From: Gemmatimonas sp.
GTDB taxonomy: Bacteria; Gemmatimonadota; Gemmatimonadetes; Gemmatimonadales; Gemmatimonadaceae
Length of the DNA stretch: 64,000 bases
Assembly (NCBI GenBank): GCA_031414535.1
Contig: JANNVQ010000030.1
Coordinates: 32,001-96,000 of the forward strand
Direction: 5' to 3'
Program-made: the position numbers and the translations under genes
The notes under the pieces: model-generated
The model's input: the letters and a program-made list of their open reading frames with translations, nothing else
Told to the model about the DNA's origin: nothing
Database searches by the model: none
Shown here: in pieces, positions 52,060 to 61,210 of the stretch
How positions within the stretch are numbered: the stretch's first letter is position 1
Layout: each line of letters begins with the position of its first letter

Positions 52060-52545
52060 ATGCCCGCGTCCCATTCTCTGCTCGGTCGCCTCGTCATCGT
52101 GGTTGCCCTGATGGCGCTTGCCTCCCGCGCTGAGGCCCAAGCCGGCGAGCAATTGAAGGTCCGCGAGCGCGCCAACACCTCGCGTGGAGCACCGTCCGAT
52201 CCCTCCGAGGACGAGAACATCAAGACGGTGGGTGGCCTCAACGTCCGCGGCGAAATGGGAGAGCAAGCTCCTGACTCAAAGCGAGAGAACGGCGCCATGA
52301 GCCGCGGCTCCGCTAGCTGCAAGGTGCACTACGACAATCGCACCAGCTTGCACGTCGCCACCTACGCCGAGGGCATCTTCCGCGGCGACGTGGCGCCTTG
52401 GGGGGACCTGTATACATACGTAATCGGCGGCCAGACGCGCATCTACGCGCGCGCCGGCTTCACCGACGGCTCCGTCACCACCTGGGGCCCTCGCCTCGTG
52501 GAATGCCCAGCTGGCCGCGAGTTCCAGTGGATGCTGTACAACTAG
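52060..52545 (+). CDS. Small exported hypothetical protein, 161 aa
   Basis: GGAG RBS and signal peptide ending AEA-Q. Low-complexity N-terminal half and a beta-rich C-terminal domain with two Cys. Confidence 0.75.
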   Translation: MPASHSLLGRLVIVVALMALASRAEAQAGEQLKVRERANTSRGAPSDPSEDENIKTVGGLNVRGEMGEQAPDSKRENGAMSRGSASCKVHYDNRTSLHVATYAEGIFRGDVAPWGDLYTYVIGGQTRIYARAGFTDGSVTTWGPRLVECPAGREFQWMLYN

Positions 52546-52646
52546 CTGTATAGGTAGGCGACACTCCGGACTGCACGTTCCTGATTGCATCTCCGGACGC
52601 TTCCCCGCACGTTTTAGTGTTGAGCCCTCACACTTTCGCTCCTGAC

Positions 52647-55600
52647 ATGCGCTCGCTTCGCATCCTGTTGGTCGCCGTCGCCGCTTCGCTGGCACTCAGC
52701 GCCATCCCCGCCGACGCACAGACGGACAACCGCGCGGGGAGCCGCGGCGTGATCCCGCAGCGCAACACGCAACAGCGTGTCGTCGGCAAGCGCCGCGCCC
52801 TCATCGTGGGCGTGGATGAATACCAGGACCGCCGCATCCCGCAGCTGCGCTACGCCACGGTTGACGCGATGGCCTTTGTGGGCTGGCTGCGCTCACCCGC
52901 CTCCGCGGCGAGCATTGATACGATGGTCATTCTGCTCAACAAGGATGCCACCCGTGAGCGCGTGCTCGACACCTACCGTGAACTGGTCGCGCAGACGCAA
53001 GAGAACGACGAGATTATCTTCTACTTCGCCGGCCACGGCGGCGTACGCGAAGTGCACAATGCCGTGGAGGGCTATCTCTTTCCGCACGATGCGGACTCCT
53101 CCAACATCGCCCGCCGCGGCATCTCGCTCGACGACATCAATAAAGAAGTGAGCTACCTGCCCGGCCAGAGTCCGGTGCTGCTCATCCTCGACGCCTGCCG
53201 CTCGGGCAATCTCTTCGGCTCCAACCAAATGAGCCGCGCCGCCGCCAACCTCGGCCCTAACGTGCGGCGCATCGTCTCCAGCTCCGGCAACCAGGATTCG
53301 CAGGAAGGCGATCGCTGGGAAGGCCATGGCGCTTTCACCTACTTCCTATTGAATGGCCTCTACGGCATGGCGGATGCCGATCGGAGCGGCAACGTGACGC
53401 TCGCCGAGCTCGGGCTCTGGGTGGTTAGTCAGGTTTCGCTCGAAACCAACGATGCCCAAGTGCCCGAGGTGCAGCCCTTCGATCACAAGTGGGGCATCAC
53501 GGGCGTGGTCCCGAGCTTACGGGATTCCGTAGCAAGGCGAGTCGCGGCGCGGCCTGGTTCCTCAGGAGCCGGCCCGACGCGCGGCATCTCACCGCCAACG
53601 GCCCCGGCGCCCTCGCCTGCACCCACGCCGGCAACGACCCGTCCGGCCAATCGTCCGGCTCTCCGTCGGGGTGGCGTCATCAACGTGGGCGATCGCGTGG
53701 CTGGTGAGCTCGCCCTCACGTCGCCAACGCTCGGCGATTCCACGCGCTTCGATGTGTGGACGTTCAGCGGCAAGCGCGGAGATCGCATCGCCATCACGAT
53801 GCGCTCCTCGGCATTTGATCCGTATCTGATACTCACGCGGAACGTCGGTGGCTCCAACGAGAACGTCCGTCAAGATGACGATGGCGGCGGCGGCACGGAT
53901 GCGCGCGTGGCCGTGGAACTGCCCGCCGACGGCAACTACAGCATCGTGGCCAACGCCGTGGGCAAGGAAGCGCTTGGCGAGTACTCACTCGCGCTCGAGG
54001 CCGTTGATCGTGTCCAGATTGCCTTCCCGCAAGTCATCGCCAATGCCGCGCAGCACACCGCGATGCGTATCGGTTCTACTGTCAACGGCACGCTCACGCC
54101 GCAAAGCGCGCTACTCACCGACGGCTCGTCGTTTGACGCCTACACCTTTGAAGGCCGCGCCGGTGAGTCCATTGAGATCTCGATGGAGACCACGGATTTC
54201 GACGCATTCCTCGCGCTCGGCATCTTCGGGAGCGACTCGGTCGTGGCCAAGGATGACGACTCGGGCGAGAACAGCAACGCGCTCATCGTGGCACGTCTGC
54301 CGCGCACGGGGCGCTACGTTATTCTGGCCAACTCGTTTGGCCGCGATGCCGCCGGCACCTACTCGCTGGGCCTTCGTACCGGCCGGCCGACCCTGCCCAC
54401 CACGACAATCCTCGGGCGGACTGGGGGCACTCCGCCCATTCGTGTGGGCCAAACGGTCACAGGAGACCTTGGCCGCGCCACCGAAGCCATGCAGGACGCC
54501 TCTCCGTTCCAGGTTTGGTATTTCGAGGGCCGAGCCGGTCAGCGCATCACGGTGAACATGCGTTCGGCGGACTTCGACAACTTCCTCCACATCGGACGCG
54601 TTGGCGCCAAGGTCACACTCGGTAGTGATGACGATTCTGGTGGCGGCACGAATGCACGCGTGAGCGTCACGTTGCCCGAGAACGGGCTGTACGCCATCAT
54701 CGCCAACGCACTGCGGCCCAACGGCAGCGGGAGCTACACCCTCCACGTGCGCGAAGGCTCGGGTCCGGATTGGAGATCGATGACTAACAAGGATGTCCTC
54801 GCGGCGGCGGACTCGTTCCCGCGCATCCAGCTGGGTCAGAGCGTTCGCGGGCGCTTCAATGACTCGAGCCCGCTGCGTAACGACGAGTCCCCTTTTACTG
54901 GCTACGTCTTCGAGGGTCGTCGCGGCAATGTCTTTCAGATTGATATGGAAGCGGGCTTCGATGCCTTCCTCTCAGTAGGACGTGCGGGCACCGATTCCAT
55001 CATCGCCAACGATGACGATGGCGGCGACAGCACCAACGCCCGCCTCACGGTGACCTTGCCAGCCGACGGCCGCTATGTGGTGATTGCCAACTCCGTAGGC
55101 AAGGACGCGCGTGGGGAGTTCACGCTCCGGCTTTCTGCCGGCCGCGCTGCTGTTGGGCTGACGCAGATTCTTGCACGGAACCCGACGGCCACGCAGATGC
55201 TCCGCGCCGGCCAAACCGTGAGCGGGCGACTGTCCGATGCGGACCCCATCATGACCGACCGTAGCCCCTTTGCGACTTGGTTCTACGAAGGGCGCGCCGG
55301 TGAGCAAATCACGGTCACCATGCGCTCGACGGACTTCGACGCCTTCCTGCATCTCGGACAGCAAGGGCTCACCGAAGCGCTGGCCAACAACGACGATGCC
55401 GCAGAAGCCGGTGGCACCAACGCGCAGATCAGCATCACACTGCCGCGTGATGGTATGTACGTGATTGTCGCCAACATGTTGTCGTCAGGCAGTAGCGGCG
55501 CCTACACGCTCGAACTCGCGAGCCACAACGCGCCAGCTGGACCCACGAGCAGTCTCAGGCCGAGCACCGGCAAGGGCGCCCCGCGTCCGTCCGCAGGAGT

Positions 55601-56018
55601 AGCCCCTGCCGCAACCCCCCTAGCAATTCCCGCCGCGCTCGCCGTGCCCACCGACCCTAATCGCACGGTGCGAATCGGGCAGACCGTGAACGGCACGCTC
55701 GGCGCTTCAAGCACAACTCTCAGTGACAACTCCCCGTTCGAGGCTTGGTACATTGAGGGCCGCGCGGGCGATCGCATCACTATCACCATGCGCTCCAGCG
55801 ATTTTGACGCGTACGTACACATTGGCCGGCAGGGCGATCGGGCCGTCCTCGGCAACGACGACGACTCGGGCGGCAGCACCGATGCACAGCTCAGTGTGAC
55901 GCTGCCGGCTACCGGCACCTACGTGATTATCGCCAATACGTTCGCCGCTGGGGCCAGCGGCTCGTACCGACTCGAAGTCAGCGCGGCACGCGGCGCCGAT
56001 GAGAGCCTCCGCCAGTAG
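52647..56018 (+). CDS. Exported caspase-family (C14) protease with six PPC-like repeat domains
   Basis: Signal peptide, RALIVGVDEY, FAGHG (His 53034-53036), LDACRSG (Cys 53196-53198), HGAFT and ADADRSGNVTLAEL. Six ~110-aa modules of pattern F.G..G..I...M.S..FD...[ND]DD.G. Confidence 0.92.
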   Translation: MRSLRILLVAVAASLALSAIPADAQTDNRAGSRGVIPQRNTQQRVVGKRRALIVGVDEYQDRRIPQLRYATVDAMAFVGWLRSPASAASIDTMVILLNKDATRERVLDTYRELVAQTQENDEIIFYFAGHGGVREVHNAVEGYLFPHDADSSNIARRGISLDDINKEVSYLPGQSPVLLILDACRSGNLFGSNQMSRAAANLGPNVRRIVSSSGNQDSQEGDRWEGHGAFTYFLLNGLYGMADADRSGNVTLAELGLWVVSQVSLETNDAQVPEVQPFDHKWGITGVVPSLRDSVARRVAARPGSSGAGPTRGISPPTAPAPSPAPTPATTRPANRPALRRGGVINVGDRVAGELALTSPTLGDSTRFDVWTFSGKRGDRIAITMRSSAFDPYLILTRNVGGSNENVRQDDDGGGGTDARVAVELPADGNYSIVANAVGKEALGEYSLALEAVDRVQIAFPQVIANAAQHTAMRIGSTVNGTLTPQSALLTDGSSFDAYTFEGRAGESIEISMETTDFDAFLALGIFGSDSVVAKDDDSGENSNALIVARLPRTGRYVILANSFGRDAAGTYSLGLRTGRPTLPTTTILGRTGGTPPIRVGQTVTGDLGRATEAMQDASPFQVWYFEGRAGQRITVNMRSADFDNFLHIGRVGAKVTLGSDDDSGGGTNARVSVTLPENGLYAIIANALRPNGSGSYTLHVREGSGPDWRSMTNKDVLAAADSFPRIQLGQSVRGRFNDSSPLRNDESPFTGYVFEGRRGNVFQIDMEAGFDAFLSVGRAGTDSIIANDDDGGDSTNARLTVTLPADGRYVVIANSVGKDARGEFTLRLSAGRAAVGLTQILARNPTATQMLRAGQTVSGRLSDADPIMTDRSPFATWFYEGRAGEQITVTMRSTDFDAFLHLGQQGLTEALANNDDAAEAGGTNAQISITLPRDGMYVIVANMLSSGSSGAYTLELASHNAPAGPTSSLRPSTGKGAPRPSAGVAPAATPLAIPAALAVPTDPNRTVRIGQTVNGTLGASSTTLSDNSPFEAWYIEGRAGDRITITMRSSDFDAYVHIGRQGDRAVLGNDDDSGGSTDAQLSVTLPATGTYVIIANTFAAGASGSYRLEVSAARGADESLRQ

Positions 56019-56045
56019 TTCAACACCATCCTCACATCCAAACAT

Positions 56046-56930
56046 ATGAAGACCGCGTTTGTCGTCCGCGCCGCTGCGGTTGCCGCACTCTCTTTGTCCG
56101 CAACCATCGCTCTCGGTGCCCAAGAAGTCGACAAGTCTAAGGCCGTTGATCGCGCACTCGCCGCGTTCAATGCCACGAGTTCTTTGCGCAGCGGTTCCTC
56201 CGATGCCGTCCGGCCCATCACCATCGGCGCTCGCCAGTCCTCGTCACTCGATGCCAGCGATCCCACGCTCGGCGACGGGTCGCACTTTGAAGCATGGTCA
56301 ATCGAACTCCGCGCCGGCCAGGCCGTGTCCGTCACCCTGCGCTCAAGCGAGTTCGACGCCATGCTCATGATGCTCCAACAGGACAACCCGGAAAACCGCG
56401 CCGAGAACGATGACTTTGAAGAAGGCTCGACTGATGCGCGTATCTCGTTCCGCGCGCCGGCCACGGCCACGTACATCATCGTCGCGAACTCCTACGAGGG
56501 CGGTCAGCGCGGCGCCTACACCATTGAGGTTTCGGCCGCGAACGGCGGCGGCAACAGCGGTGGTGGCGCGGTGGGTGACATGATGGCATCGTCCGGTAAC
56601 GTGATCACGATTGGCCAGACGATCAACGGAGAGCTCTCCAGCAGCGACCCGACGCTCACCGACGACTCGCATTACGACGAGTACACGTTTGAAGGCAACG
56701 CCGGGGATCGCATCGTCATCACGATGCGCAGCGGTGCCTTCGACACCTTTCTGAAGGTCCAAGACGCGGCCGGCAACGACGTCGGCTCCAACGACGACGC
56801 CTTCGAAGGCAGCACCGACTCGCAGGTGGTGGCGACGCTCTCCGCCCGTGGTCGGTTCACCATCGTGGCCAACTCGCTCGAGGCCGGCCAGACCGGCACC
56901 TACACCCTGACGCTTGAGCGCGGCCGCTAA
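56046..56930 (+). CDS. Exported protein with two PPC-like domains
   Basis: Signal peptide and two modules homologous to those of the upstream caspase. Confidence 0.85.
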   Translation: MKTAFVVRAAAVAALSLSATIALGAQEVDKSKAVDRALAAFNATSSLRSGSSDAVRPITIGARQSSSLDASDPTLGDGSHFEAWSIELRAGQAVSVTLRSSEFDAMLMMLQQDNPENRAENDDFEEGSTDARISFRAPATATYIIVANSYEGGQRGAYTIEVSAANGGGNSGGGAVGDMMASSGNVITIGQTINGELSSSDPTLTDDSHYDEYTFEGNAGDRIVITMRSGAFDTFLKVQDAAGNDVGSNDDAFEGSTDSQVVATLSARGRFTIVANSLEAGQTGTYTLTLERGR

Positions 56931-56972
56931 GGCCTCGCTTCACTCCTTCCAGCCCTCCTGCTCACTCAATCC

Positions 56973-58241
56973 ATGTACACTCGCAACTTTGTCCGCGCTC
57001 TGGCGCTCGCGTCTCTCCTCTCCGGCGCGCCTGTCGCGCTCGAGGCGCAGGACGGCTGGAACCTTCCGATTGACCGCAACCGTATGATCCGCGGCGGCGA
57101 GACCAAGAGTTCCTCCCTCGACAGCGGCGACCGCGCGCTCGGCGACGGCTCGTTCTTCGAAGCTTGGTTCTTCGAGGGTCGCGCCGGGCAGCAGGTCACG
57201 ATCACCATGCGCTCCGGTGGCTTCGACACCTTCCTCGCCGTTGGCCGCCACAACGGCGATGTCATCGAGACCAACGATGACTACGAAGGAAGCGCCAGCA
57301 CCAACTCGCAGATTTCCATCGCGCTCCCGGCCGATGGCATGTACATGATTCGGGCCAACTCGCTCGAAGCCAGCAAGACGGGCGACTACACACTGTCGTT
57401 GGAAGGCGGCAGCGGCAGCGGCCCCGTCAGCACTGGCAAGGGCGGCAATACCACCAGCACCACGATGACCGCCGCACAGGTCTTCGGTATGCCTGTCAAC
57501 CGCTCGCGGATGCTGCAGTCCGCCCAGCAAGCCTCCGCGGCGCTCGACGCCAGTGACAACAAGCTCAGCGACGACTCGTACTTCGAGGTCTACTACGTGG
57601 AGCTTGCCGCCGGTCAGCAGGTGACCGTCACCATGCGCTCGGGGGCCTTTGATACCTACCTCTCGATTGCCGCTCAGGGCAGTTCCGAGGCCGCCGAGAG
57701 CAATGATGACATGGAGGAAGGCAACACCGACTCTCGGGTCAGCTTTACGGCCCCGTCGGCTGGGACCTACGTCATCATCGCCAATTCGCTCGAGGCAGGC
57801 GAAACCGGTGACTTCACCATCGTCGCCACAGTCTCCGGTGGCGCCAGCGTTGGCGGTATCGCCGGCGATATGATCGGCGCGAGTGGCAAGGGCTCGGCCC
57901 CCAGTAGTTCGCGGGTGCTGACGCTGGGCCAGACGGTTAGCTCTGAGCTTAGCGCGGATGACCAGAAGCTCGAGGACAACTCCTTCGTCGAGCTCTGGGT
58001 GTTTCAGGGCCAGGCCGGCTCCCGCGTGACCATCACGATGCGCTCGGGCGACTTTGACGCCTTCGTCATCGTGCGCGACGCGGCCGGCGAGGCCATCGGT
58101 AACGACGATGACTCCGGCGGCGGCACGGACGCGCAGGTCACGGTCACCATCCCCGCCAACGGGCGAATTGCCATCGTGGCCAACTCCCTGGGCGAGGGCG
58201 AAACCGGGCGCTACACCCTCCAGATTGTCCGGGCAAACTGA
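56973..58241 (+). CDS. Exported protein with three PPC-like domains
   Basis: Signal peptide and three MRS..FD...NDD...NS modules. Confidence 0.85.
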   Translation: MYTRNFVRALALASLLSGAPVALEAQDGWNLPIDRNRMIRGGETKSSSLDSGDRALGDGSFFEAWFFEGRAGQQVTITMRSGGFDTFLAVGRHNGDVIETNDDYEGSASTNSQISIALPADGMYMIRANSLEASKTGDYTLSLEGGSGSGPVSTGKGGNTTSTTMTAAQVFGMPVNRSRMLQSAQQASAALDASDNKLSDDSYFEVYYVELAAGQQVTVTMRSGAFDTYLSIAAQGSSEAAESNDDMEEGNTDSRVSFTAPSAGTYVIIANSLEAGETGDFTIVATVSGGASVGGIAGDMIGASGKGSAPSSSRVLTLGQTVSSELSADDQKLEDNSFVELWVFQGQAGSRVTITMRSGDFDAFVIVRDAAGEAIGNDDDSGGGTDAQVTVTIPANGRIAIVANSLGEGETGRYTLQIVRAN

Positions 58242-58319
58242 AACTGAGCCCGCGCGCTTCGAGTAGATTGGAAGCAACCCCGCCCAACCGGGCGGCTGTC
58301 CAATCTGTAGACCGCCCTC

Positions 58320-59015
58320 ATGCGTATTTCCTTCCCTCTACTTATGCTGGCGGCGGCCTCCCTTTCGGCCTGCGCCCCCCAAGGTCGAGCGGCGCAAGCT
58401 CCCGCGCCGCTCGACCCAGCTGCCCAAGTCCGCGCTGACTCCCTCCGCCTGCCGTACAACGAGGCGGACATCACCTTTATGACCGAGATGATTGGCCACC
58501 ACGCCCAGGCCATCCTCATCTCCCGCTGGGCACCGACGCACGGGGCCGACAGCTCTATTCGAATCCTCGCCGCACGCATCATCAACTCGCAGATGGACGA
58601 CATCGCGTTGATGCGTCGCTGGCTCGCCGACCGCAACAAGCCACTCCCGAGCGTCACACCGGCAGGGGTGTTCACGCCCGCTCCCGCCGACACCACCGGT
58701 GAGCATGATGGCCATGACATGGGCGATATGGCCCACGACCACTCGATGATGGCCGGAATGCTCACGCCGGCCCAACTGGTTGAACTCGACGCCGCCCGCG
58801 GCGAAGATTTCAGCATTCTGTTTTTGCAGCGCATGATCAACCATCACCGCGGTGCGGTCACGATGGTCCAGACGCTGATCCGCGACCGCGGCGCGATTGA
58901 CGAAACCGTGTTTCGCTTTGCAGCCGACGTCGAGGTGGACCAGTCCACTGAGATTCGGCGCATGCTCCAGATGTTGCTCGAACGGGGCGGCAATCCGCCC
59001 AGCCCGCCCCAGTGA
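58320..59015 (+). CDS. DUF305 (ferritin-like) lipoprotein
   Basis: Lipobox LSAC, MIGHHAQA, MINHHRGAV and a His/Met-rich loop. Confidence 0.9.
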   Translation: MRISFPLLMLAAASLSACAPQGRAAQAPAPLDPAAQVRADSLRLPYNEADITFMTEMIGHHAQAILISRWAPTHGADSSIRILAARIINSQMDDIALMRRWLADRNKPLPSVTPAGVFTPAPADTTGEHDGHDMGDMAHDHSMMAGMLTPAQLVELDAARGEDFSILFLQRMINHHRGAVTMVQTLIRDRGAIDETVFRFAADVEVDQSTEIRRMLQMLLERGGNPPSPPQ

Positions 59016-59056
59016 TTCTGCAGTTCCCGTTGCACCACCATCCGAAGAGGGTTCCA

Positions 59057-61072
59057 ATGAAGTCTCTGTTCCAGCGTACCGCGACAGGTACCGCGAGAGG
59101 TACCGCCATGGCCGCGCTCGTCGCCGTCGCGGCCTGCTCCCAGCCGGCGGTGGAAACCGCGCCCATGGCGCGCTCCACGCCGACCCCGCCTTCCTTTATG
59201 AACGACCCCCGCGTTGGGCTTTCGGCCGGTCTCTTTGACGCCGCCCAAGCCACCAGCGGCATGCGCGTCGTCGCCAGCGCCCGCTCGCCCGAAGGCCACC
59301 TCGGCATCACCAACTCCGACCTCGCCTTCACTGGCAACTATGTCATTCAAGGCAACTACGCCGGCCCGGTGATCTGGGACATCTCCAATCCTGCCAGCCC
59401 GACCGTTGTCGCGGCTGTGGCCTGCCCGGCCTCGCAGAACGACGTCTCCGTGTTCGCCAACCTGATGTTCCTCTCGGCCGAGGCCTTCAACGGCCGCACC
59501 GATTGCGGCACCCAGGCACCCACCGGCCAGTCCAACCCCGCTCGTTTCCGTGGCGTGCGTGTGTTCGACATCTCTGACATTCGTAACCCCAAGCTCGTGG
59601 CCGGCGTCCAGACCTGCCGCGGCTCGCACACGCACACCGTGGTCGAGAACCCGCGCGATCCGGCCAACGTCTACATCTACGTCTCGGGCTCCGCGCCCGT
59701 GCGTCCGAACTCGGAGCTCGAAGGCTGCATTGGCGATGCACCGTCGGCCAATCCGAACTCTTCGCTGATGAAGATCGAAATCATCCGGGTGCCGCTCGCC
59801 AACCCGGCGGCCGCGGCCATCGTGAACCGCGCGGCAATCTTCACAGGCCTCACGGCTCCGCCAGAGCATGGTGAGACCGCGGCTGACAAGGCCGTTGCCA
59901 TCGCCCGCGCCGACTCCGCCCGTGCCCGCGGCGGCTTCGTCGCCATCAACCCGCAGTCCGGCAGCCCGATTGTGCTCGGCGGCGGATTCGTCCGCACCCA
60001 GCTCGACTCCATCGTCCGCACTCGCGGCGGTTCAGGCGCGCCGACGGCCGCTGACTCCGCCACGCTCCGCGCTGGCATTCAGGGCATCATTGATCGCGTG
60101 TTCGGTTCCGGCCCCCAGCCGGGTGCCCCGGTTTCCTCAGGCTCACAGTGCCACGACATCACCGTGTATCCGCAGTTGGGACTCGCTGGTGGTGCCTGCG
60201 AAGGTCACGGCCTCCTGCTCGACATCAGCGATCCGGTGAACCCGGTGCGCCTTGATGCCGCCGCGGACTCCAACTTCGCCTACTGGCACTCGGCCACGTT
60301 CAGCAACGACGGCTCCAAGATTCTCTTCTCCGATGAATGGGGCGGTGGCGGCGCGCCGAAGTGCCGCGCGACGGACAACGCTGAATGGGGCGCAAACGCA
60401 ATCTTCCGCGTCGTGAACCGCAAGCTCGTGTTCGAGAGCTACTACAAAATCCCAACCGTCCAGAGCGCCACGGAAAACTGCGTCGCCCACAACGGGTCGC
60501 TCGTGCCGGTGCCGGGCCGCGACGTGATGGTGCAGTCCTGGTATCAGGGTGGCATCTCAGTGTTCGATTGGACCGACCCCAAGAAGCCGTTTGAGATTGC
60601 GTACTTCGACCGCGGTCCGGTGGACGCTAACCGTCCGGCGATGGGCGGCGCCTGGTCCACGTACTGGTACAACGGCCAGATCATCTCGTCCGAGATCGCT
60701 CGCGGTCTCGACGTTGCCGAACTGACGCCGACGCAGTTCCTCACGCAAAACGAGATTGACGCCGCCAAGACGGTGCGCTTCTCGCAGTTCAACGCGCAGG
60801 GCCAGCCGCAGCTCAACTGGCCGCCGAGCTTCGCCCTGGCCAAGGCCTTCTTGGATCAGTCGGAGCGCAACAAGTGCGTCACGGCCGCGCGCGCGGGCGA
60901 GATCCGCACGGCGATTGGCAACGCTGAGCGCGCCACCGGCTCGGCTCGTCAGCAGCAGTTGCAGGCGCTGGCCTCGCAGATGGGCAGCGACGCCCGCAGC
61001 AGCTGCGACAACAGCAAGAACAGCCAGCTGCAGCGTGCCCTGCAGAACCTCTCGCAGGTGACGATTTCGTAA
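59057..61072 (+). CDS. LVIVD-repeat beta-propeller lipoprotein
   Basis: Lipobox VAAC, NSDLAF, WDISNP, CRGSHTHT, CHDIT, YWHSATF and CVAHNG. Paired with the DUF305 gene. Confidence 0.85.
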   Translation: MKSLFQRTATGTARGTAMAALVAVAACSQPAVETAPMARSTPTPPSFMNDPRVGLSAGLFDAAQATSGMRVVASARSPEGHLGITNSDLAFTGNYVIQGNYAGPVIWDISNPASPTVVAAVACPASQNDVSVFANLMFLSAEAFNGRTDCGTQAPTGQSNPARFRGVRVFDISDIRNPKLVAGVQTCRGSHTHTVVENPRDPANVYIYVSGSAPVRPNSELEGCIGDAPSANPNSSLMKIEIIRVPLANPAAAAIVNRAAIFTGLTAPPEHGETAADKAVAIARADSARARGGFVAINPQSGSPIVLGGGFVRTQLDSIVRTRGGSGAPTAADSATLRAGIQGIIDRVFGSGPQPGAPVSSGSQCHDITVYPQLGLAGGACEGHGLLLDISDPVNPVRLDAAADSNFAYWHSATFSNDGSKILFSDEWGGGGAPKCRATDNAEWGANAIFRVVNRKLVFESYYKIPTVQSATENCVAHNGSLVPVPGRDVMVQSWYQGGISVFDWTDPKKPFEIAYFDRGPVDANRPAMGGAWSTYWYNGQIISSEIARGLDVAELTPTQFLTQNEIDAAKTVRFSQFNAQGQPQLNWPPSFALAKAFLDQSERNKCVTAARAGEIRTAIGNAERATGSARQQQLQALASQMGSDARSSCDNSKNSQLQRALQNLSQVTIS

Positions 61073-61099
61073 CTGCAGCACCGATGTTCCCGTAGTGAG

Positions 61100-61133
61100 C
61101 GACGCCCCCGGTGCTTATGCGCCGGGGGCGTCG
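61100..61133 (+). terminator. Intrinsic terminator-like hairpin
   Basis: CGACGCCCCCGGTGC-TTAT-GCGCCGGGGGCGTCG followed by TTGT. Confidence 0.7.
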
Positions 61134-61210
61134 TTGTGCTCATTCCCCGACTCGCGCAACAAGCGCGGAATTGAGTGATTGCTGACTACCCCCCCGATTT
61201 GGAGGTTTCC

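Noticed and set aside
52571..52590. Possible sigma54 promoter (TGCACG...TTGCA) before caspase B
   Set aside because: It lacks the GG dinucleotide and the -24/-12 spacing is wrong.
44995..58241. Interpretation as a known gasdermin, CHAT/Craspase or NLR-type anti-phage system
   Set aside because: I recognised no gasdermin, STAND NTPase, TIR or Cas gene, and the products appear exported. A defence role is not excluded but is unsupported.
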